A stretch of 64,000 bases of DNA from Blastocystis sp. Blastoise (lineage: Eukaryota > Protista > Bigyra: Opalinata): NCBI GenBank assembly GCA_039096225.1, contig JBBPEB010000015.1:2170001-2234000 (forward strand). Direction: 5' to 3'. The notes beneath the pieces were generated by a model. It was not told where the DNA came from and did not search any database. It saw only the letters and a program-made list of their open reading frames with translations. Each line of letters starts with the position of its first letter. Position 1 is the stretch's first letter. Both the position numbers and the translations under genes were made by a program. Positions 54,762 to 64,000 of the stretch are shown in pieces.

Positions 54762-56006
54762 ATGAGATTTGCATTGCTTTTATTCTTCATTGTCAATTTG
54801 GCATTTGCTCAAACAAATACAACTTGTGGTCTATTTGATGGTATAAAAGATATATGTGTTAGACTTAGTTGTGAAGAAGGTGAAAGCATTGAAGATGGAT
54901 GCATTCCATTACCTTCAGGTTACTTACCTGATTATTTCTCAACTGCAACACTACAAGTTGGAATTGATCCTAATCAAAATTATGTTCTTCGTTTGATTAT
55001 TAATGCATATAAGGAGTGTTTGATGCCTTTATTTTATTTAGATTTATAGTATATTGTTTTATTTATATAGTTTTCTAATTTTTATTCGTTCTTAAATATT
55101 ATTTTTGTTAAAACTCACTTTTATTTATATTCACTATTATTTTTTATAAATATTTACTATTATTTTTATTAATGTTTGCTATTATTATATGATAAATACT
55201 TCATATATTTGAATTTCTTATAGTTCTGTGAATACTTTGACTCGTTCTAGTTTGATTTATGATAATGGTACTCATATAGAAGGTTATGTTAGTAATATTA
55301 GAATGACACCAATCTTAGCTAATTTAACAAAACACTTAGATCTTGAATGCTATGTAGACTTAATACCCAATGTTACTATACCTATTACGTATATTTATAT
55401 TCATTATTATCTTATTATTAATAATAAACATTTCTTCTTTATTATAAATGATAATCATTTTTATTTATATATATTTGTTATAGTGGAAATATATGTTATA
55501 TTAATATTGAGAGTGTTCCCGTAAATATGTTCGATTTATTCTCTATGTTTTATGATATATTACTTCAATTCGACTATGACTTAGCTGGTATATATTTTAT
55601 TATTATTTTATAGAATTTTATATTATTATTATTATTTTAAAAAATTATATATATCTTAATTATTATTTTATATATTATATATATATTTATTATTATTTTA
55701 TATATTATATATTTCTTAATTATTATTTTTATACAAATTTTATATATATAAAATAATAATTTTTTTTTCATACAAATCATATATATATTAATAATTTTTT
55801 TTTAATACAAATCATATATATATTATAGATCAGTACAATCATAGAAATATTACTCCTGTTTTGATTCCATTAGTTCAATCTTATAATAAGAATTTTACAA
55901 CAGAATTCAAACTCAATAGTACATGGGGTATATATATATATTATATTATATTATATTATATTATATTATATTATATTATATTATATTATATTATATTATA
56001 TTATAT

Positions 56007-56087
<81 letters not shown>

Positions 56088-56191
56088 GATGCGAAGGATT
56101 TCCTTTTACAAAAAGAGATGGTATACTAACGTCTTCTCCTTCTATTTTACTGTTCATAATGGGTCTATTCATATTATTCTTTTTCAATTAA
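54762..56191 (+). CDS. Secreted, probably GPI-anchored surface glycoprotein, 5 exons
   Basis: Signal peptide MRFALLLFFIVNLAFA; several N-x-T sequons; last exon GCEGFPFTKRDGILTSSPSILLFIMGLFILFFFN* (small-residue site plus terminal hydrophobic tail). Confidence 0.75.
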
Positions 56192-57412
56192 ATACTATAA
56201 ATATCTATAATATATACTATAATTTCTTTTCTTTGTTATCTTTTACTTTTGTTTTAGTCAAGCTCTATATAGAATCACATTGTTTATTTTACAACATTTC
56301 TTTTTTTCATTTCTTGAATCAATTGTTATCTAAACATACTATATATAATAATAACATATGTACAATCAATTGTTGTTCTTCAATAAAACATACACGTATA
56401 TACAAAATGTATTTTGATCAATACAAATAACATAAAATGAATTAAAAATGATCCAAAAAAATCAAAAAAGCTAAAAATAAAAAAAAATGTTTCTAGAAAA
56501 ACATTCTTTGAGATTATTCTATTTCTTTCTTTTATTTTGATGTTTATTTAGAGTTTTTATTAGAAATAAAACCATTTTTGCTTATTTAACATTAGCCCTG
56601 ATGTTTCTATTTCGTAATATAGGTAGATTAGCGATTGAAATTTATTATAGAATTTATTTTTTATTGTAATAATCATTTATATGTGTTGGAATTATCATAT
56701 AGATCATAACCAAACATGAATAAATAATTCTAAAATATTTTAATTTCTTTGATTATAAATATATTTCATCCAAACTGAATAATGTTAGTGAATTCATTAA
56801 AAAGGTTTTAATTATAGATATTTAATATGACTTTTGGAGTTTATGTTTCCATTTATGTGAAATTTATGGATAGAAAAGTAAAATTAAACTTTTGAAAACT
56901 ACTTCAAGATACAACAAAAACTCTAGTCCACATATTCAAAAGTAGTTATTTGATGCATAAAAGAAAAATGAACACAGGATGAATGACTGTGACAAGAGCA
57001 AAGATAAAGTTATGTTATTATAATATATTGATATTTGAGAGACTAGAAATACGAAAGCAAATAATGATGAATGAATTTTGTAATATTTCGTAGGATAATG
57101 AAAAGATATTTTATTGGATTTATATTATGAAAAGAAGAATAGGGTTCTTGTAATTAAGCATAAGAAGAAGTGTATGTAGTATCTAGAATAATGAATAGTG
57201 CTAGCATCGATTCTTCATTTAAAATGAGAAACAATTCTACCATAGTTTGGATAAAATGACAGATAATTTGTCATGGGAAATAAATAAACCAAACGTTTTT
57301 TCATTTCTCTAGATATTCCATAAAGAAAATTAGTGGACTTTTTTTGGTGAATAGAAAAGTGACTCTTCTGGAGAATTACCAATAAATAGATCCGAATCAC
57401 GAAATGACGAAA

Positions 57413-57574
57413 CTGAAAGGGATAATAAAAAATGACGTAGGCTGTGGCACCTCTGACAAGTAGTCTTGTCAAATTGTGACGGCCTATGTCTAATAAGGAA
57501 GAATAAAGATTAGTACTTTTATTGGTTAATTCATTCTATGTGTATCAGGGGTCATCAGGCAGGACCTCTTTCAG
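57413..57574 (+). ncRNA. Candidate structured non-coding RNA, unassigned
   Basis: GC-rich intergenic island with nested helices (57413-21/57566-74; 57434-49/57475-90; 57454-60/57465-71); G-U pairs favour the + strand. Confidence 0.45.
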
Positions 57575-58005
57575 CGGGAAATGGGGAAAAAAAGCGCAAA
57601 AAGAGCCAGTTTTTACAAAAAAACACTGAAGAATCAGTCAAAAAATAATTAAAAAATCACTAAAAAAATAAAAAAACAAGTATAATTTTCTTAAAAACCG
57701 TCGGTATTTTTTCAAAGACATTGTTTTTGAGCTTATCTTGACGTGCTACACAAAACCGAACTATTTTCAAGTGAAAAAAATAAATAATCAGAGAGAAAAT
57801 GTAAAATAATCGTTTAAGCGCAAAAATAGCATCAATAAGCGCACTTTGCGCTAAAAGCGCAGTTTTGGCACACCCTGATGTGTATATGAGAAATGATGAC
57901 ACTTAAAATTCACCAAACTGTAGATTTTGGTTTCTTTTTTTTCATACATACTTTTCTCTTCTCTTGAGTCTTTTTTAAATTTGTCATTGCAATGTTTTAT
58001 ATATA

Positions 58006-58952
58006 ATGAATCAATATAATAATATAAAGCAACAACAAAAACCTGAAATGAATTCAGTTGAAGAAATCTCTACGAGAATTGATGTATGTTTTTTTTCGAT
58101 TCTCAAATATTAATTCTATTTTTTTTATTTAGAAATTATATAATTATAATGATTTTTTAGCTAAGGGAAAGAGTGATCCTTTAACATATTTTCAAAAAGT
58201 CAAACAACAATTTCATCTTACTTGCCTTGAAGTTAACTCTTTAAGAGTGAATAAAAATATTCCTCAATATCAAGCTTCAATTACTAGTATAATCAACAAA
58301 TTAAGTTCAAAATTCTATGAAATTATGAATGCAATTTCAAATGAATCAAATATTGACAAACGCAAAGAAAACAATTATCTATGGAAGAAATTATCCGGTG
58401 ATTTTTATAGGAATATATCTATTTTTGTTCCAAATGAGAAGGTCAATGCTAAGAAATGTTATTCAGAAGCATTACAGGTATTTATATTGTTTTATCAATA
58501 TTTGAAATTTATTATTATTTTTTATATTATTATATATTTATATTTATCATGATAATATTGATAATGTTGATAATATAATAATATTGACAGTTTTGATAAT
58601 ATTAATAATATATATAATATTAATAGTATTGATAGTTTTGATAATTTAGATATTTTTTAATAATGATAATATATAATATTCAAATAATAATAATATTATT
58701 ATTATATATCTATAGATATGTCCTTTAGATCATGCTAAGGCATTTTATGTGTCATTAATTTTAGATTTTAGTTGTTTATTAGCTGAATATTTTGATCAAA
58801 AACAAAGTGCTTCCAAATTGTGTTTACATCTTTTATTAGAATTACAAAACAATAAATCTCTCATTCTTGATAAAACTGCTTCTACATATGTTTCTGTCAT
58901 AAAACGAAATGTTTTATTATGGCGTAAACAACTCAAACAACATCAAGTTTAA
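58006..58952 (+). CDS. Highly divergent 14-3-3-like protein, 3 exons
   Basis: YLWKKLSGDFYRNISIF...AKKCYSEALQ|ICPLDHAKAFYVSLILDFSCLLAEYF...STYVSVIKRNVLLW aligns with 14-3-3 FYLKMKGDYYRYLAE...AY..A...P..P..LGLALNFSVF..E...ST.IMQLLRDNLTLW. Confidence 0.65.
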
Positions 58953-59302
58953 ACTTTTCCTTTTTCTTCTCTCTTATTTTTTTACTCTTTTATTCTTTTT
59001 AATTTTTTAATAATGAATCTTTTTTTTTCGTCTTCTTTTTTTCTTTAGTATGATGCCATTTTTATCATATTATTCTTTTTTTCTTTTTATTTCTTTTTCT
59101 GATTGATAGTAATTTTCTTTTATATGTTATCTGTGTTTATTTATGTACTACCATACAATTTAAATAATATTAGTATGTAAACTCTGTATATATATATAGT
59201 TCGTTTCATAAATATAAATTTGTTTGTCTGTTTTATTTTTTATGTATTAATAGCAATTCATTATTATTTGTATCTACTATTATACTCTCCCTGTAGCTTG
59301 CT

Positions 59303-60125
59303 TTATTTTGTTGTCCAATTAATCGGCTCTTCGTTATATTTCTTTAAATATGTATTTGTTTGACTAAAATGTTTACATCCAAAAAACCCTCTATAAGCAC
59401 TTAGTGGAGAAGGATGAACTGTTTTCAATATTAAATGCTTTGTTGTATCAATATATCGAATCTTTGTTTGTGCAGGTCTTCCCCATAATAAAAATACAAC
59501 ATGCTCTCTATTCTTACTAATCAACTTGATTATTTCTGTAGTATACGTCTCCCATCCCTATTATAATCACAAGAAATATATTGATTATATATAGGAAGGT
59601 AAACATATTAACATATATGTAAAGTAAATTTAATAAATATAAATATATATATAAATATTAATAATAATATATAAGTATAAAATTAAAATATTACATAATA
59701 ATAATAAAAATAAAAATAATAATAATAATAAATAAGAAAACACAATAAATACGATTGGTTGATGTCCTAGAGGTTTATGTGCAGGAACTGTTAGTAATGT
59801 ATTTAATAATAATACTCCCTATATATATATTATCATTAATACTATAACTCTATACTAACTGATATTGTATCATTATATATATACTATTCAAAATAAAAAA
59901 TATATATTAAAACATATATAGCACAATTATTTATAAAATATTAATGAATAGATAATAAACAAAAAAAAAATAAGTATACTTGTTGAGCCCAAGAAGTTAA
60001 ATCTGTGCTTTTATTCACGGGGATATTAAGATCGGTGCTAATCTCTTGAAATATATTACGAAGCGAAGGAGGTATGGCAATCCCTTTGGGAACAGAAAAT
60101 GATAAACCGTGAGCCTAATAGTGTT

Positions 60126-60204
<79 letters not shown>

Positions 60205-61310
60205 AATAATAAATAATAAATAATAAATAAAATAATAAAATAAATAATAATAATAATAAATACTAAATACTAAATACTAAATACTAAATATATACTTGTC
60301 CGACATCATGATAAGGATCTTGTCCCAATATAACTACCTATAATAACATATATATATATAATATACAATACATAAGATAAATATTATAAGATAAAAATAA
60401 AGATACAATCTATACTACATATATTTATACATAATATTAATAATAATATATATACTTTAACATTTTCAAAAGGACATAATTTGAGAGCATTGAACACATT
60501 ACATCGCGGAGGAAATATAGTTGTACCTAAAGATTCTTGCATTTTCAAAGTCCTCTATATATATATATAAATATATAAATATTTGTGAATATATTTAATA
60601 AACTATATATATATAAATGAATATACAAGAATATTCTTAAAATAATCTTTGTTATGTTCAGGGGTAAGAAGTTCGTTCCATTTTCCTGGAACATCAAAAT
60701 AAAAATCTTCTTGCCATGTTGTTGGAATAGGATGCTAGGATATATTTATATATAGAATTTGAATAAATTATTATACATTAATGATTTCTATTTTTTTGGT
60801 ATCTTTTGTTTTGTCTATATATATAAAGAAAATATTAGTTTTGGTGATAATTCACTATACATACTATCTATTGTTGATGAATCTTTAATAGAACTTTGAT
60901 CTTGCTTCTCAGTCTCTATATAGAATACATTTAAATATATAAAAGACTAATATAGAATAATAAAAAAACTCATCATAGAAATAATTTTATCAAACTACTA
61001 ATGAATATATATATATAAATACGTTCAGGTTTAATAGAATCACATTTCACAATATCAGAGAGTTTAGGAGTATTTTTTTCTAAACATTTATAAAAAAAAG
61101 CATAAATTCAATCTTATACTTGCTTCATCATTCGTTTCATTCTTCTGATGCTTAGATTCTATAGTCAAAAATTATAAATTGAATAATGAATGAGTAATTA
61201 CCAATAGCTGTCGAAGATGGCCTCTTTACAGAAGTTGCAAAAAACGATGTCAATTGTGTTTGTTTAGTAGACTTCATTGTTTTAGCAACCCTACTTAATA
61301 TTTTTAACAT
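59303..61310 (-). CDS. UNG: Uracil-DNA glycosylase family 1
   Basis: [14 protein letters not shown]|[25 protein letters not shown]; [11 protein letters not shown]; VVFLLWG; [25 protein letters not shown]...PINW; N-terminal PIP box QTQLTSFF. Confidence 0.96.
60130..60200 (+). repeat. (TA)n intronic microsatellite adjacent to a 3' splice region
   Basis: Perfect dinucleotide tract in a UNG intron; representative of dozens in the window. Confidence 0.9.
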
Positions 61311-61443
61311 GGAATCAGTTTTCAATAATGAGAAAACCTTGGTTATTTATTTTTTTTAAAGCAAATTTCGAGTATATGAAAGAATATTTTTTAAAATAAT
61401 AAAATATACATTTTCTATATATATTATTGACTAAGAAGTGATA

Positions 61444-61838
61444 ATGAGTGATAAGACAAATACTGTTCCTGCTGAAATTGCTAATCGTTTTAAAGATTTA
61501 AATTCTGATCTCCAAGCTACTTTAAAGAAGGTGTCTGAACTTGAAGATGATGCTCGTGATCATGCTCGTGTTATATCTACTCTTGAAGAATTAGGTCCTG
61601 ATAGAAGATGTTTCCGTTTAGTAGGTGATGTTCTTGTTGAAAGAACTCAACCAGAAATTCTTGAAGCTGTCAAATTAAATAGACAACAATTATTGGAAAT
61701 TGCTGGAAAATTTAATACTCATAGCAAAGATGTTGAAAAAGAAATGCAAGAAATTGAAGTATCTAGATTTATGAATTATATATATATATGTTTATTGTTT
61801 TCATTATTTAGACAAAGTATGCTGTCCGTGAAAATTAA
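61444..61838 (+). CDS. PFDN2: Prefoldin subunit 2, 2 exons
   Basis: KVSELEDDARDHARVISTLEELGPDRRCFRLVGDVLVERT...EMQEIE|TKYAVREN*; head-to-head with UNG (133 bp). Confidence 0.92.
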
Positions 61839-62041
61839 ATATATGTTAAAAAAGTTGATTCTAATTTATATTTGTTGATTTATTATGGATATTATGATTA
61901 GCTGTCAATAATAATAAAAAAAAAATAATTTAAATAAACAAAAAACGAACACAGCAAGAATCAAATGATGATAATTTAAAAGAATTAATAAAATAGGATA
62001 ATATTGTATACAAATAACATGAAATTGAGACTGATCTATTT

Positions 62042-62987
62042 TTAAGCTGTAGTCTATATATAAATAGTATAAATAATAAAATGAAATGATGAATAATAAA
62101 ATAAAAGAGCAGACAAAAGAATACTATAATTAATGCATACTTGAGAAGCAACTTTCATGGTAGCAGAAAGAGCTTTTTGAGCTAATTGAGGGTTCTTCTT
62201 TAATAATTCGGCCATTTCATTTTCACCAGAAGTGTAACCAACAGTAGGATCATCAAATATCTTCATATTACCTCCCTTGAAAGCAGGATGAATAAATAAA
62301 ATGAGAATATTATATCTATAGAAATAGTTATTAAAAAAATAATAATAAAAATAATGAAGTTAAATTTTACAAAAAAAAAAAAAAAACAAATATAAATATC
62401 CTAAATAACATACAAAGCAACTAAGAAAACACAACCACCAATAATATAACCGAAGAGACTTTGAAGAGAAAGAATAATAGTACTAGTGCTATATAGAATA
62501 TATAGATAAAATAAACTAAGAATATATTATTTTAAATGCATTCACATATGTGATAAATAATATAGATTAAAAAAAAAAATGTATACAAGAAAATGAAAAT
62601 AGATCTACCAAGATAAGTGAAAAGGAATCCATAACTATTTCTTAACTTAAGATTAAGTTTCTTGAATTGAAGTTCAAATAAGAAAAGGAAGAAACCAAAG
62701 ATAACAGCATAAGCACATAAAATAGCTTGAGGAATTTGGAAAGCTATAACGAAGGACACGAAAAGGAAAACACCAATAATACAAATAACTAATCCTGTAA
62801 GTGCATTGATAATACGTAATAATCTGAGAGCATGTTGAATAGGCATAGTAGAAATATTAGAAATTTTAGAGGTAATAGCGTTTTTGGCAGGTGCAGCTTG
62901 AGGAGCAGCAGAAGAAGAAGCTAAAGTTTGAGCAGGAGGACCAGCAATAACGGGACCATCATCAGCAAAAGGATTATCGTCAGACAT
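62042..62987 (-). CDS. COPI-associated / TVP15-family Golgi membrane protein, 4 exons
   Basis: Four hydrophobic segments; YAVIFGFFLFLFE...LRNSYGFLFTYLGRSIFIF; ILFIHPAF; N-terminal DDNPF. Confidence 0.82.
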
Positions 62988-64000
62988 TGTCAATATAAGT
63001 TATCAATAAGTATGAATAACAATAAGAATTAATAAATATTTCTCAAGAATATCACAAAAATGGGATTTAGCTTTTTGTTTTTCTATGAAATAAAAATTAT
63101 TATAAAAAAATTAATGGAGGAACCACTGGATTCCAGTGTTTTCTCACTGACGAAACCCGTTATTATCTTCTATTCTTATCCTTATTCCATGATATAATCA
63201 AGGGAAATAGAGAGATGCGTCATTGATACATCCAAAAGAAAGCGGTTCCCAAAGAAAAAGTTCATTTTAAAAGATTTTCCCCATGTTTTTTGTTTATCAG
63301 AAAACTGACTGTATTTTTTAATTTTTTTTATATTTCTTTTCTTGATTCATCTATATTACACAGTATATCATACTAAACTGCTCTTATTCTCATTTTATAT
63401 GCATAGTGACATATATATAAATACGTTTTCAATCATAATTCCTATCATTACAGTTTCTTTTAGGCGAATTCTATTAATTGAATTTATAGGTTATGCCTTT
63501 ATGAAATAAATGAATATCAAGCATTCTTAGTCATTGATAACTATGCTATTTGAATACATATTAACACTTCGTAGGTCAAAGTTTGTCAGGAGTCAGTTTT
63601 TTGAACTGACATATACTTTTTCATCTTCATCAGTAGATTCTTAAGGTTTAGATTCACTAAGCATATAGAACATATTATAAACAAAACTAAATTCATACGT
63701 ATTCATGGTGAATAACAAATTCAACAAAAAAAAATTTAAAAATATAAACATAACACATATCCTATATATTTTGAATATATGAGTAAACAAGGTATAACTA
63801 ATAATAATAAATCAATCGTTCGCAGCAATTTATGATAAAACAAGAAGAAATGTATTTAATTTTCGAAATCACTTCTTACGATAGCGTTCATACCAACATC
63901 TTTATATTCGCCCTTAACATAAACATATTGTCTTAGAATGCCTTCAAATTTCATACCAGCTTTTTGTTGTACTTTACAGGAATTAGGATTATTCAAAAAA

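Noticed and set aside
57405-57560. Hammerhead ribozyme suggested by CTGATGA (minus strand) and GACGAAAC (plus strand)
   Set aside because: The two core halves are on opposite strands and no stem II/III arrangement fits.

Overview
Very AT-rich, gene-dense eukaryotic DNA with about 18 spliceosomal-intron-rich protein genes. Introns are mostly GT-AG and packed with (TA)n/(TAT)n/(TATT)n microsatellites, which produce most of the spurious poly-I/Y/L ORFs in the ORF track. The source is inferred to be a Blastocystis-like stramenopile protist, from TGTTTGTT-like 3' motifs, a large putative-Ig/discoidin surface protein, a U12 AT-AC intron and organelle-targeted enzymes. Recognisable genes: UEV-domain protein (partial), small CaaX/RVxF protein, DusA-type dihydrouridine synthase, Vps20/CHMP6, tRNA-Arg(ACG), intronless RBR+ZZ E3 ligase, 4x EH-repeat protein, SAYSvFN+SEC-C protein, organellar GluRS, MIT-like protein, MSH6, coronin, giant Ig-repeat membrane protein, cofilin, GPI-type protein, divergent 14-3-3, UNG, prefoldin 2 and a TVP15/COPI-associated protein. 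The most notable structure is a 7.0-kb non-autonomous CACTA element (1934-8923; 12-bp TIRs, ATA target-site duplication, subterminal repeats). It encodes no recognisable transposase, carries decayed intron-containing host-gene fragments including a fibro-slime domain (Pack-CACTA-like), and sits 17 bp upstream of the DUS start codon. Also notable are a U12 AT-AC intron, an intron with no GT/AG at its homology-predicted ends, a tRNA-like Pol III-type RNA with an aberrant anticodon arm, a GC-rich structured RNA candidate, and a recurrent palindromic TCCCRCGGGA-like motif inside coding exons. All gene models were spliced by eye and no database searches were run.
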